Positions 45,413-58,064 of a stretch of 64,000 bases of DNA are shown one piece after another. Position 1 is the stretch's first letter. Every line of letters begins with the position of its first letter. The translations under genes were made by a program, and so were the position numbers. The stretch comes from Torpedo marmorata (lineage: Eukaryota). The stretch covers positions 40,672,001-40,736,000 of the forward strand of contig OZ360237.1 in assembly GCA_977017645.1 (NCBI GenBank). Reading direction: 5' to 3'. The notes under the pieces were generated by a model. The model did no database searches. It worked only from the letters and a program-made list of their open reading frames with translations, and was not told the origin of the DNA.

Positions 45413-45668
45413 TGCACGTTTAGCGTAGCGGTTAGCACAATGCTATTACAGCGCCAGCGACCCAGGTTCGAACCTGCCGCTGTCTGTAAGGAGTTTGTAC
45501 ATTCTCCCCGTATCTGCGTGGGTTTCCTCCAGGTGCTCCAGTGTCCTCCCATGTTTAAAAATGTACGGGGGTTGTAGGTTGATTGGGATATTTGAGTGGC
45601 AAGGGCTCATGGGCCAGAAGGGCCTGTTATTGTGCTGTATGTCTAAATTAAATTAAAATTAAATTAAA
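45413..45668 (+). mobile_element. V-SINE
   Basis: Head, V-domain and (AAATT)n tail. Confidence 0.85.
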
Positions 45669-45880
45669 AGGAGGTTGAATGAGGCTGCAGCAGATGTTTC
45701 TGTGGTGGTAATTATAACCAGCCCGAGGATCCACAGTATAACAAGGAGAGAACTGTGATGAGGTCTTCATACACTCTGTCAAAGTTTTGAGGGATTGGGT
45801 GGAAAGGAGAAATATTCTGGTTCTTGAGGATGTTCATGTGGAACTCCAAAAACGTGTATATGAGCGCACACACACACTCA

Positions 45881-46092
45881 NNNNNNNNNNNNNNNNNNNN
45901 NNNNNNNNNNNNNNNNNNNNNNNNNNNNNNNNNNNNNNNNNNNNNNNNNNNNNNNNNNNNNNNNNNNNNNNNNNNNNNNNNNNNNNNNNNNNNNNNNNNN
46001 NNNNNNNNNNNNNNNNNNNNNNNNNNNNNNNNNNNNNNNNNNNNNNNNNNNNNNNNNNNNNNNNNNNNNNNNNNNNNNNNNNNNNNNNNNNN
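45881..46092. other. Assembly gap (212 N) next to a (CA)n run
   Basis: N run; cacacacactca immediately upstream. Confidence 0.99.
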
Positions 46093-46344
46093 GTAGACGT
46101 CAACGCCAGCATTGACATCCTGGAGTTTGTATAGCAAAAAGTTCAAAAAGCGTTCTATGACTTCACACATGGACCCATAGACAATGAATGTAATGAAACA
46201 ACCCATACCTCCACCCCTCTTACCACCCCCCTGCCTAACTTGCCCCAGGGACCCTCACACAGGTAACTCAGCTACTTGCAACTAAACATTTACATGCTCC
46301 ACAATTCTAGTCACATACAGCACCACTACAGGACACTACAATTG

Positions 46345-47520
46345 GTAGTACAATGGATAATGAGGAAGGTCATCTAAGATGACAAAGGGATTTGAATCAA
46401 ATGAGCTAGTGAGCTGAGGAATGGCAGATGGTGTTTAATTTGGATAAGTACGAGGTGTTGCATTTTGATAAGTCAAGCCAGGTCAGGGGTTAGGGTTACA
46501 ACATTAAATGGTAGAGGATCTCTCTTCTGTAGAACAGTGAGACCTCGAGGTATAGGTACAGGTAGTCAGGGTAGTGAAGAAGGCATTTGGCATGCTTGCC
46601 TTCATCAGGCAGGGCAATGAGTGGAGAAGTTAGGACATCATGTTACAGGTGCATAAAACATCGGTAAGGCCATATTTGGAAAATTGTGTGCCGTTTTCCT
46701 TCCCTTGTTTTAGCAATGATGTTATTAAACTGAAAAGGGTGCAAACATGATTCATGAATATGTTACCAGCGCTAGGAGGGTTTAAGTTATAGGGAGAGGT
46801 GAGAGTGTTTGGGACAAATTTTATCCCTGGAGACGAGGATGCTGAGGGATGACCTTCAGATTTCAGATTTTCAGATTTCAGATTTATTGTCAGAGTACAT
46901 ACATGACATCACATACAACCCTGAGGTTGTATTTCCTGCGGGAAAGACAGAATTACCACTTATTGGTAGTGCAACAAAAATCTGTACACAACGTACACAT
47001 GTAAACAAATAAAGAAATGTAAACAAACTGACTGTACAATACAGATAGGAAAAAATAAATAAAGTGCAAAAGTAAGCATCCCTAAATGAGTCCCTGAATG
47101 AGTGTTTTGTTGAGGAGTCTGATGGTGGAGGGGTAGCAGCTGTTCCTGAACCTGGTGGTGCGAGTCTTGTGGCACCTATACCTCTTTCCTGATGGTAGCA
47201 GCGTAAACAGAGCGTGTGCTGTGGGGTGTGGATCCTTGATGATTGCTGCTGCTCTCCGATGGCAGCGTTCCCTGTAGATGTTCTCGTGGGGTGGGTTTTG
47301 CTTGTGATGTCCTGGGCTGTGTCCACCACATATTTGTAGAAATTTGCCAGGGTTTCCGATGTCATACCAAACCTCCGCAAACTCCTGAGGAAGTAGAGGC
47401 GCTGACGTGCTTTCTTCACGATGCCATTAGTGTGTTGGGTCTATCTTAAGGAGGTATGCAAAATCATGCGGAGTGTAGGTAAGATGAATAACCTCTGTTT
47501 TTAGGCCCAGGTAGGAGAAT
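46345..47520 (+). mobile_element. Decayed CR1 fragment, split by Rex1-A
   Basis: gaatggcagatgg..gaggtgttgcatttt..gtgaagaaggcatttggcatgcttgccttcat; resumes gaggtatgcaaaatcatg at about 47450. Confidence 0.75.
46855..47441 (-). mobile_element. Rex1-A 3' fragment
   Basis: KKARQRLYFLRSLRRFGMT; (TCAGATT)n tail. Confidence 0.9.
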
Positions 47521-48442
47521 TGATGAAATGATCAGCTGGTGTGTCTGTTAAAGACTGTTCCTGAGAACTCACTGGAAGAAACAGTTTCAACTAAGGACAG
47601 GGGCTGGTGATCAAAGTCAACCAAAGTTAAGCCCCAAGCCTTCTCAAGATCTGGAAAAGCTAAAACTCAAGAGCAGGGTATATAAATCAAAGTGAGGGAT
47701 ATAAAAAAAAAAATTCTAACAATATCACTGCAGAAGGCCAATGGAGCACCTCGTGTGTTAAATGCATGATCCGACAAATTAATAGTGCGATTAAAAAGGG
47801 AAAGTCACATATCCAACTCTCACAGTAATTCAGGAAAATAAAAATGTTAGAATGAATGCAGGTAACGTAAAAATATATTAAAATGTCAGTTGAGGGGATA
47901 AATGGAAAACCCAAGGAAATCAAGCAGCCAATACTAAATATAATTTTAGAATAAAATCTTTCAATGGTAAGAGGACAGCTGGAGAACAGCTGAAAATGAA
48001 AGAAAGATAAATTTCAGCTGAGTATAAGAATATAATAAATAAATCTTAGTTCATGAAAGTGTTCACAAAGACTTGAGCAATTTGATTTCTCTCCAAATCC
48101 AAGAAATATGGGAAGACACACAACCAACAACCCTGCTGGGATTTTATCTCTCAGTGCTGAATAAAACTATGTCTTCAAAAGAGTGGAGGGATGGAAAAAA
48201 AATCTGCCACATTGGCTGGTGTTTACAAAAAGGGAAGCCAGGTTTTCATGGAAGACATTACGGAAATTTGGAACTCACTGATCCAAACCTTGCTGACGCT
48301 GGTGAGATCAGGAAGAGATTGAATTCATATAAATCAAAGTTGAAATGAGTAGGGCAGTGTTAAGATAAGGTTCCAGAACCAAGGTTGGTGGACCCATCAT
48401 CCCCAAATAAACTCAACGTCAGGAGGAACTCAGCAGGTCAGG

Positions 48443-49335
48443 TTCAGATTTCAGATTTCAGATTTATTATCAGAGGACATACATGACATCACATACAACC
48501 CTGAGGTTGTATTTCCTGCGGGCAAGGCAGAATTACCACTTATTGGTAGTGCGAAAAAACTGTACACAACGTACACATGTAAACAAATAAAGAAATGTAA
48601 ACAAACTGACTGCAATACAGAGAGGAACAAAAACCAATAAAGTGCAAAAGTAAGAGTCCTTAAATGAGTCCCTGATTGAGTTTATTGTTGAGGAGTCTGA
48701 TGGTGAAGGGGTAGCAGCTATTCCTGAACTAGCGGTGCAAGTCTTGTGGCACCTGTATATACCTCTTTCCTGATGGTAGCAGCGAGAACATAGCGTGTGC
48801 TGGGTGGTGTGGATCCTTGATGATTGCTGCTGGTCTCTGATGGTAGATGTAGATGTTCTCGATGGTGGGGAGAGTTTGCCTGTGATTCCTGGGCTGTATC
48901 CACTACGTTCTATAGGGCTTTACGCTCAGGGGTATTAGTGTCCCCATACCAGACCATGATGCAGCCGGTCAGCACACTTTCCACCACACATCTGTAGAAA
49001 TTTGCCAGTGTTTCCGATTTCATACCAAACCTCTGCAAACTCCTGAGGAAGTAGAGGCGCTGACGTGCTTTTTCACAATGCCAATAGTGTGTTGGGTCCA
49101 GGAAAGATCCTCTGAGATAGTGACTCCCAATAACTTAAATTTGCTCATCCTCTCCACCTCTGATCCTCCAATGATCACTGAATCATACACCTCTGGTCTT
49201 CCCTTCCTGAAGTCAACAATCAGCTCCTTGGTTTTGGTAACAATGAGTGCGAGGCTGTTGTTGGTCCACCATTCAGCCAAGTTTTCTATCTCCCTCCTGT
49301 TTGATGACTCATCACCCCTTTTTATACAACTCACA
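48443..49335 (-). mobile_element. Rex1-A 3' fragment
   Basis: [22 protein letters not shown]; (TCAGATT)n tail. Confidence 0.9.
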
Positions 49336-49399
49336 GTTTGCAATCATGGGTAGAAATGGTCAGTCAACATGTAGTGTCGGGGTACTTTATCGAGACTAG

Positions 49400-49776
49400 C
49401 AGTGGTTTTCAAACTTTTTCTTTCCATTCACATACCACCTTAAGTTATTCCTATGCCATAGGTGCTCTGTGATTAGTAAGGGATTACTTAAGGTGGTATG
49501 TGAGTGGGGGAAAAAAAGGTTGAGAACCACTGCTCTGGACCCAATTGTTACTGAAATATTTTGCTTGAGAAAAATTGTCATTGGCCCATTTCCTTTGGAG
49601 TTATGAAACCGTGCACATAACGAGTCAATTAGGTACGATTAAAACAGTGGTTTTCAAACTTTTTCTTTCCACTCACATACCACCTTAAGTAATCCCTTAC
49701 TAATCACAGAGCACCTATGGCATAGGGATTACTTAAGGTGGTATGTGAGTGGAAAGAAAAAGTTTGAAAACCTCTG
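49400..49776. mobile_element. Composite hAT/Charlie-type MITE: two palindromic units (49400-49532, 49645-49776) around a 112-bp spacer
   Basis: CAGTGGTT(T/C)TCAA termini on each unit; the units are mutually inverted; same family as 13497-13651. Confidence 0.8.
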
Positions 49777-50149
49777 CGATATAGCATCCTGACCCAAAGC
49801 ATTGACTGCTGTGTGACCTGCTGAGTTCCTCCAGCAGCTCATTGTTTGCTCAAAATTCCAGCATCTTCAGTCTTTGTGTTTCTCAAACTCTGCATCAGGT
49901 TCGAAAGCCAACATCTCTTTATCTCCATCCAATTTTTCTATAAGACCATCGCAGAGTGTGGGGAAACAATATGAGCTTAAACTGAAGAGTGAAATGATAG
50001 GTAATGTGTACGAGGAAGGCAGGAAATGAGTAGGCAAGCAGATTTCATGTGACAGCAACAATGTTACATGTGGAAGTGTATTACTGAGGTATTGCTCCAT
50101 TGACTTGAAGATATATCCCCATTCATTCATCATCACTGGATCTTAGTTT

Positions 50150-50830
50150 TTATAGTCATAGAGTCACACAACGTGAAAACAAACCCTTTGGCCCAATTTG
50201 CCCACGCCAACCAAAATGTCCCACGCACACTTGTTTTCCACCTGCCTGCGTTTGGACCATATCCCTTTAAACCTATCCTATCCACGTATCCGTCCAATTT
50301 TTTTCTTTAATGTTGTAATAGTACCTGCCTCAACCATCTCCTTCAGCAGCCCATTCCATACACTAACCACCCTCTTTCAAAAAAAAAGTTACCCCTCAGG
50401 TTCCTGTTAAATCTCTCCCCCCTCACCTTAAAACTGTTACCCCTTTTACACAGAGATCCCAGTAAATTGGTGTGTCAACGACCCGTGTTTAAAGCCAGGT
50501 CGTGTCTAATCAGAGTGTCCACACTGAACCAAGAAAAGCCGGTTCAGTGCGACCTTTTACATAGGGACCCGGCATCCCGGTGCAAAAGGAGGTGGGACCT
50601 GCAGCATTGCAGCGTTGGCATCCTGGGAAGGCGGGTAAGCCTTTTACAGTGGAGCCGATGCGAAACGAGTTGGCTCTGATACTACCTACCTTGGCGGGTA
50701 AGTACCGGGATGAAAATGACCCCCCCATACCGTGTTCGTCACGTTCAAACAGGTAAGTGAAGCAGTAAAAAGGTGGTTAATTACCGTCTTTCAAGGGCAG
50801 TGTAAAAGGACCTTGTGATTCCCCACCTAA
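50150..50830 (-). mobile_element. CR1 3' end, split by a MITE
   Basis: atagtcatagagtca tail; gtacctgcctcaacca..cagcccattccatac..tctctcccccctcacctta. Confidence 0.75.
50440..50812. mobile_element. Harbinger/PIF-like MITE (tentative superfamily)
   Basis: Inverted termini ccttttacacag / cagtgtaaaagg(acc); flanks tta/ttg; internal ccttttaca repeats. Confidence 0.5.
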
Positions 50831-50983
50831 TACTATAGTGGCAGCTTCTTATCCAGTAGGTCTGCAGGAAGTCATCTCATCACCACTTTCTCAAAGAGTC
50901 ATTAGAGATGAGCAATAAATGATAGTCTTGCCAAAGATATCAAAATTCTGTAAATGGATTTAAAAACAAAAATTGGAGTGAAT

Positions 50984-52361
50984 CTTCCGCCTGGATTAGA
51001 ATAGAATTAAATAATATAGGAGAAGATTCCAAAGAAGAAGTTATTTATAAATGGAATTCTAAATTAATATCGACAAGAAGGAAAAACTCTCCTATCTTTA
51101 AACATTTGGTAGAAATATGGAACAGAGTGGATAAGGAAATAAGAGGAAAAGGATCGATTTCTCCAAAAATGCCTCTATATCAAAATGAACTTATTCCATT
51201 TACTGTTAATAATCAATTATTTAAAATTTGGTTTCAAAAAGGAATAAAGAAAATAAATGATTGTTTTGAAGCTGGTAAATTTATTACTTTTCAAAGAATG
51301 AAAGATAAATTTAATATATTGGATAATACACTTTTTGCTTATTATCAAATTAGAGCATTTTTGGTTGGGAAATTAGGATATAGCTTGACTTTACCAAGAC
51401 AGAATGAATTAGAATTATTAGTTACTAAGGGAGATGTAAATAAATTTATTTCTCAAATCTATAGATTGTTTCAGAGAAAAATTCCTAAAGTAGGAATTCA
51501 TAAGTCAAGATTAAAGTGGGAATTAGATTTGAATGTAACAATAAATGAAGATCATTGGAAAGAATTATGTAAACTAAGTATGATGAAGATTATTAATGTT
51601 AGATATAGATTAGTACAATATAATTTTTTTCATCAATTATATTTAACACCTAAAAAGTTAAAGAAATTTAATGCGACATTATCAGGTTTATGTTTTAGAT
51701 GTAATAGAGAGGAAGGTTCTTTTGTACATTCTACATGGTTTTGTCCAAAAGTTTATGATTTTTGGTTGAAAGTTAAAAAAAATTTAGACAAAGTATTAAA
51801 AATTACATTCCCAATGGACCCTATGATATTTCTGTTTGGAGATATTAAAAAAGTTAGCATTAAGATGAAATTAAATATGTATCAAATAGAATTTTTGCGA
51901 ATTGCTTTAGCTATTTCAAAGAAATGTATTGCTATTACTTGGAAATCTGATGTAGATTTAGGGTTAGAAAGATGGCATGCAGAACTTCGTTCATGTATAC
52001 TACTTGAAAAAATTACTTACAATTTACATAATAAATATCATTTCTTTTTGAAAATATGGAGCCCATATATGAAGGTTGTTGGTTTAAGGATTTGAAGATC
52101 TCTGGACATCTGATCTGACTGGCGAACCTAACCTCTATAATAAAATTAGTTTCTAAATGTATTTTTTAGATTGACATTCTCCTTATTCTATCTTTTTCTT
52201 TCTTTTTATTATTTTTATTTTAGTAGATTAGTAGGGATGGGAGGGTTAGGGAGGGGAGGGTGGGAGGGGGGGGTGAAAATGTATCACAAGTATTTTGATA
52301 ATTTTATATTTTACCTTATGTATTTTGTGATTTAAAATTTTAAATAAAATATTTTTTTTTT
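50984..52361 (+). mobile_element. 5'-truncated L1-clade LINE (ORF2 C-terminus, ORF 51106..52095)
   Basis: CFRC..HSTWFC; 14-bp TSD aaattggagtgaat at 50970-50983 and 52362-52375. Confidence 0.93.
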
Positions 52362-52404
52362 AAATTGGAGTGAATAATTGTCTGCCTGGCCTGTAAACCA
52401 TCCA

Positions 52405-52520
52405 AATTGTAAATACACAAAAGTGCTGGAGAAACTCAGTAGGTCCTGCACGGTCCATAGGAGGCAACGATATATAACCAAAGTTTCAGGCCTGAGCCCT
52501 TCGTCAAGGTATGAGCAAAA
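52405..52520 (-). mobile_element. Penelope terminal fragment with hammerhead motif
   Basis: Minus strand catacc-TTGACGA-a-gggc-tcag-gcct-GAAA-ct-tt-ggttata. Confidence 0.7.
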
Positions 52521-54339
52521 AAAAAGTTGTTTCACTGTTGTTTCAAACCATCCAATGTATTTTTTTTTATGATGTAATGAATCTACTCACTGTAAATTCT
52601 AAATGAACCTTTAAATATAATTTAATGAGGTGTGAGATAGAAATGAAAAATATCCAAGGAAGCTTGACCTAGACCCTCCATTCTGGAAATGCACGATTAA
52701 ACGATGCTTTGATCATTTAGATTCCCCATCAACTCTTCATGTGGCAATGTTTTGGTTTCCTTCTACAAAGTGAAGGAACAGCAGGTATAACTATTGCTTA
52801 AGTTACTGCGCTGTGTAACTATTTGTTTTCACTTGTCATAGGCTTATAACCATGAAACTTCAAGTAACGGTAGTTGGGGCAGGGTCATCATTTTTTTAAA
52901 CTGCTGGTCAGGCATTCTAGTTTCTTTTTTAAACGTTGAATTATGTGAAACATATGATGCAGAAACACACCCTGCTGATCATAAGTCACATTCATACTCT
53001 GAGATTCTCCTCTCAGCCCTCTCTGCTCTTGCCTTCTGTTTTCTCAATGATTTCTTCAATGACACCTCAACTAGTAGTGTCAGCAATCTCCATGTTCTAA
53101 CTACTTGGGCATATGAATATCTGCTGAATTCCTTTTTGGATTTATTAATGATCTACTCATACTAATGAGCCTGAATTTGGGTTCCTCGACCCTCCCCCTC
53201 ACCCCCCCCCCCCCACAGGTGGAGTTGTCTCCTCTGCTCCACCATGTCAGAACCTCTGCTCGATCTGTATATCCTCAAAAGAATAAAGTTTTAGTTCTCG
53301 TAAATCATCCTTGAACATCGCCTGATGCTTCCTTGTCTTCTGTGAAGGAAGAATGTATCAACAAATTTAGAAGATGTTTGTACATATATCGTGCTTTGAG
53401 ATAAACGCCCCCCCCCCCGCCCCCACCCCCGGGGAAGCTGATGTGGTTTGAAGTAATCTATGAAACGTTACGTTCATTTTGTGCACAGAGAGTTCCCACA
53501 AGCAGCAGAGAGTGTGGGAGACACTGCTTGTCATGTCTTGGTATTATAGCTTTAGGATCTGTGAAACAAGAACGCCAGCAACAACTTGCATCTCTACAGT
53601 AGAGTTAACATTGCAAAAAACTTCAAACGGTTTTAAAAATAAAAAGCTGCCATGGGGACAGGTAGATGAAAGAGGTAGGTTTTAAGGAGACGAGAGTGAA
53701 AGGGTTAGGGAGGAAATCCTGGAGCTTAGTGCTCGGTAGTTGCCATTGATGCTTTGGGTAATTATTGCTGAGACTGCATGCAGGTTGCTATATTCATCGT
53801 TCCATAAAAGCGTGCAATTTTTTGTGTAACAAACGTGAGCTAACCATCTGTGCAACAAGCGTAAGGATTCTACCTCGATCACCCAATATGCTCGGCAATC
53901 CCAAGCCCATTTCACGCGATCTAGGCACCTTTCATGCAGAGATAGATCACCCCCACTTCAAGGTAACTCAATCCACGAGCTAATAATCCCCTGTTATACC
54001 CCACTAAAGGGAAGGTGCAAAGGTAACAGGATCCATTTGCATAATTGTGAGCCTCCTGTATTCTGTGATGCAACCAGATCCAACGGATATTCCTCCAATA
54101 GTCTCAACCACTTCAACCATCAAATTCTTCACAATATGCAGAATATATTTAGACCTCCAGCATATTGCTCTTAAATGTTCAATCATTGACTGTTTGTAAC
54201 TGCTGCATATTGACTGTTTTTATGCTCAATTATCTTGAAATAAATACCTCTGCACATTTCACCATTGTTCTTGCAAAGTCTTCCAACTTTCCAACTCTTT
54301 GTTGCCTTCACTAAATCCAACCTTTGTTTAATTTCGAAG

Positions 54340-54592
54340 AGGCACAGGAGGCTGCAGATGCTGGAATCTGGAGTAAAACACTATCTGCTGGAGGAACTCA
54401 ACAGGTTGAACAGCATCAGTGGGAGAAAAAGAATGGTTAATGTTTCAGGCTGGAACCCTTCATCAGGACAGGAGATATCTCTTCTCTGCATTCTCAGTCC
54501 TGATGAGGGATTGTGTCCCAAGGCGTTGACAATTCTTTCTCTCTCACTGATGCTGCATGATCTGCTGAGTTCCTCCAGCAGTTTGCATTTTG
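54340..54592. mobile_element. Head-to-head pair of Penelope termini
   Basis: Arms about 54387-54469 and 54497-54581 are imperfect inverted repeats, each starting gtc-CTGATGA toward the outside. Confidence 0.75.
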
Positions 54593-54814
54593 CTATTCTT
54601 AACTTTAACTATTCTGCAGATTTGGCATTCATGAATGCAAGAAGGGATAAAGAAAAAGCTTTATTTCCTTCCATTGATCTTCATTTCATTTCCTTTTCCA
54701 CTCATTACATAACTTCAAAACATAGCTTCTATTTTATTAGGCCACACAAACTCTATGCCTCCTATACACCTTTGTGCTCTTGATGGATGTCACAAGATTA
54801 TTTTTGGGTGTTTT

Positions 54815-55575
54815 CTTAAGTTTAAGTTTACATGTCATATTACACTTGCTACAGTGAGCAGTGTGACAGGTCAACTCTAACATACATTCAGCCATATAAA
54901 GTAGAAGGGCAAGAGCACAATTATAGAGTCACCATGGAAAAAAGATCAATTAATACAAAGCAAGGGTAGAATGATGCACTGTTCTGTGATTAATTCAGGA
55001 GCTGATGATTGTGGGGAGCAAACTGACTTTAAGCCTGTTGATGCACGATTTCACACTCTTGAGCCTTCTCCCTAGTGGGAGGAGGGAGAGGAGACTGTAT
55101 GCAGGGTGTGATGGGTCCTTCGGTATGTTGGCTGCCTTTCCTAAGCAGCGGGAGATGTAAAAGATGGGGAGGGAAGTTCATTCTGAAACGCATTCACTAT
55201 CTTCTGCAGCTTCTTCCGATCGTGAGCAGAGCAGCTCCCATACCACGCTGTGATGCATCCAGCAAGTATGCTTTCAATCACGTACCCATAGTCAGGCCAC
55301 ATTTCCTAAGTCTTCTAAGCAAGTAGAGGCCTTGGGGTCCTTACTTGACCAGCTCATCAACATGGTTGGCCCAGGTCAGGCCATTGGAAATGTTTACACC
55401 CAAGAACTTGAAGCTGACTCTGCTCTCAATTTCAGTGCCATTGAGGTAGACAAGGGAGTAGTCTCTGTCTCTCTCCTGAAACCTCTAATCACTTTGTTTG
55501 TCTTATTGAGAGAGAGAGAGAGGTTGTTACCTTGGCACCATGCCACTAGACATTTAATCTCATTTCTGTATTCCT
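54815..55575 (-). mobile_element. Old Rex1 relic
   Basis: ttccgatcg..cagctcccataccacgctgtgatgcatcc, cccaagaacttgaagct, gagagagaggttgtt..caccatg. Confidence 0.6.
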
Positions 55576-55675
55576 GTACCTTTATTTACTGACAAATTTG
55601 TCTGGAGATTGACAGCTATGTTTTAGTTGGTGTTTGTTCAAAGTTTCTTTTTTACCCAGAGAAGATGTGCACAAG

Positions 55676-57760
55676 TGATCAATTCACCGTGGTGCACAGA
55701 CGTGACGGTCATGTCCCAGTCCTGCTCCCCCCGACCTGGAACATCTGGCGATCAAGTGTCGCCCATTCTACCTGCCGAGGGAGTTCACCGCCATCATCCT
55801 GGTCGCAGTGTACATTCCGCCCCAGGCTAACGTCAGGCTGGCACTGGAGGGACTGAGCACTGTGATAAACAGCCATGAGACAGCACATCCTGATGCCTTC
55901 CCGATCATTGTGGGAGACTTCAATCAGGCCAACCTGAAGAAGTCACTGACAAACTACCACCAACATGTCACATGCGAGACCAGAGGAACCAACACACTCG
56001 ACCACTGCTACACTACCATGAAGAACGCATACCGAGCCATACCACGACCGCACTTCGGCAAGTCTGGTCACCTGGCTGTACTTCTACTCCCGACGTACAA
56101 GTAGAGACTGAAGACCACAGCACCAGTGGTAAGGACGGCGAAAGTATGGTTGAGGGAGGTGGAGGACCATCTGCAGGACTGCATTGAATCGGTGGACTGG
56201 AACATATTCAAGAACTCATCAATAGACCTGAATGAATATGCAACTGGTGTCACCGACTTCATCAATACATGCGTGGATGAGTGTGTGCCCACGTGCAAAT
56301 ACCGGGTGTTCCCCAACCAGAAGCCCTGGATGAATCAGAGAATTTGCAACCTGCTGAGGGCAAGAACAAGGGCATTTAAGGCCGGGGATTGTGATCTTTA
56401 CAAGACGTCCAGGCACGACCTGCGGAAGGCCATCTCTGAAGCAAAGTGGCAATTCCGGAGGAAGCTAGAGACAGGGACAGATACACGCCAGCTATGGCAG
56501 GGAGTGCAGGCCATTACAGCATACAAAGCGAAGGCGAACACTATAGACGGCTGTGATGCTTCACTACCCGATGAGCTGAACACCTTCTATGCCCGCTTTG
56601 AGAAGAAGAACTAAACAGTGCCTACTAGAATCCCTGAAAAGGCGGAGGACCCTGTGATATCTGTCTCTGAGGGCGACGTCAGAACCTGTCGGCGTACCTG
56701 GCAGGGTACTAAAAATCAGCGCCAACCAACTAGCCGGAGTGTTCACGGACATTTTCAACCTCTCATTGTGGCAGTCAGAGGTTCCCACCTGCTCCAAAAG
56801 GGCATCAATCATCCCGATACCCAAGAAGAGTAGTGTGAGCTGCCTCAACGACTACCGCCCAGTAACACTAACTGCTACTGTGATGAAATGCTTTGAGAGG
56901 CTGGTCATGGCCAGAATTAACACGTACCGAAGCAAAGATCTGGACCCACTGCAATTTGCCTATCATCACAATCGCTCCACAGCAGATGCAATATCGCTGG
57001 CTCTCCACTCAGCTCTGGATCACCTCGAAAACAGCAATTCATACATATGGCTGCTCTTCATCGACTACAGCTCGGCTTTCAATACCATTATTCCCTCAGT
57101 GCTGGTCAAGAAGCTACAAACTCTAGGCCTCTGTACCCCCCTCTGCAACTGGATCCTTGACTTTCTCATCGGAAGACCACAGTCAGTACGAATTGGAAAC
57201 AACGTCTCCTCCTCACTGATTATTAACAGAGGTGCACCCCAAGGATGCGTGCTTAGCCCGCTGCTCTACTCATTATACACCCATGACTGTGTGGCCAGGC
57301 ACAATTCCAATGCCATCTACAAGTTTGCCGATGACACCACAGTTGTCGGCAGAATCACAAACGGCAATGAGGAAGCGTACAGGAGGGAGATAGATCAGCT
57401 CATTGAATGGTGTAATACCTTGCGCTCAACATCAGCAAAACCAAGGAAATGATTGTGGACTTCAGGAGGAAGTCAGGGGAACAAGACCCAGTCCTCATCG
57501 GGGGCTCAGTAGTGGAGAGGGTCAAGAACTTCAAATTCCTGGGTGTCAACATCTCCGAGGATTTGTCCTGAAACCTCCACATTGATGCAATCACAAAGAA
57601 GGCTCGCCAGCGGCTATAATTTGTGAGGTGTCTGAGGAGATTTGGTATGTCACCGAAGACTCTCGTAAACGTCTGTAAATAGGTGTACTGTGGAGAGCAT
57701 TCTGGCTGGTTGCATCACTGCTTGGTATGGAGGTGCCAACTCTCAGGACAAGAATAAACT
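55676..57760 (+). mobile_element. Long Rex1-B fragment: APE endonuclease C-terminal half and RT, disrupted, 3' end lost
   Basis: VYIPP, IVGDFN, TLDHCY, GKSGH (SDH-like), [36 protein letters not shown]. Confidence 0.92.
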
Positions 57761-57761
57761 C

Positions 57762-57912
57762 TTTGGATTGTGGGAGGAAACCGGAGCACCTGGAGGAAAC
57801 CCACATGGACACGGACAGAACGTACAAACTCCTTACAGACAGCGGCGGATTCAAAATGGGTCGCTGGCACTGTAATAGTGTTGCGCTAACTGCTACACTA
57901 TCTGTGCCGCCC
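57762..57912 (-). mobile_element. V-SINE 5' half
   Basis: gtgggaggaaaccggagcacc..ctccttacagacagcgg..gcgctaac. Confidence 0.8.
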
Positions 57913-58064
57913 TTATAAGGGTTACAAAGAATTACTACGTCTGCTTTCATTCATGTTATTGACCTTCACCTTCTAATGTTATGAAAGATGAAGATTGTTT
58001 TCACTGAATGATAAGGAAAAGGGACTGACCCTGATGATGACAAACCAGGTTCATGGCACATTCA

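Larger units (their letters stand above)
48415..49885. mobile_element. Head-to-head pair of Penelope termini hosting Rex1-A and a composite hAT MITE
   Basis: ggaggaactcagcaggtcagg|..|caatcatgggtagaaatggtcagtcaac..ctttatcgagac|..|cgatatagcatcctgaccc..gacctgctgagttcctccagc. Confidence 0.65.

Noticed and set aside
45712-46206. ORFs spanning the N run
   Set aside because: Artefacts of the assembly gap
46486-46499. Interstitial telomeric repeat (ggggttagggtta)
   Set aside because: About two units inside a decayed CR1; not distinguishable from chance
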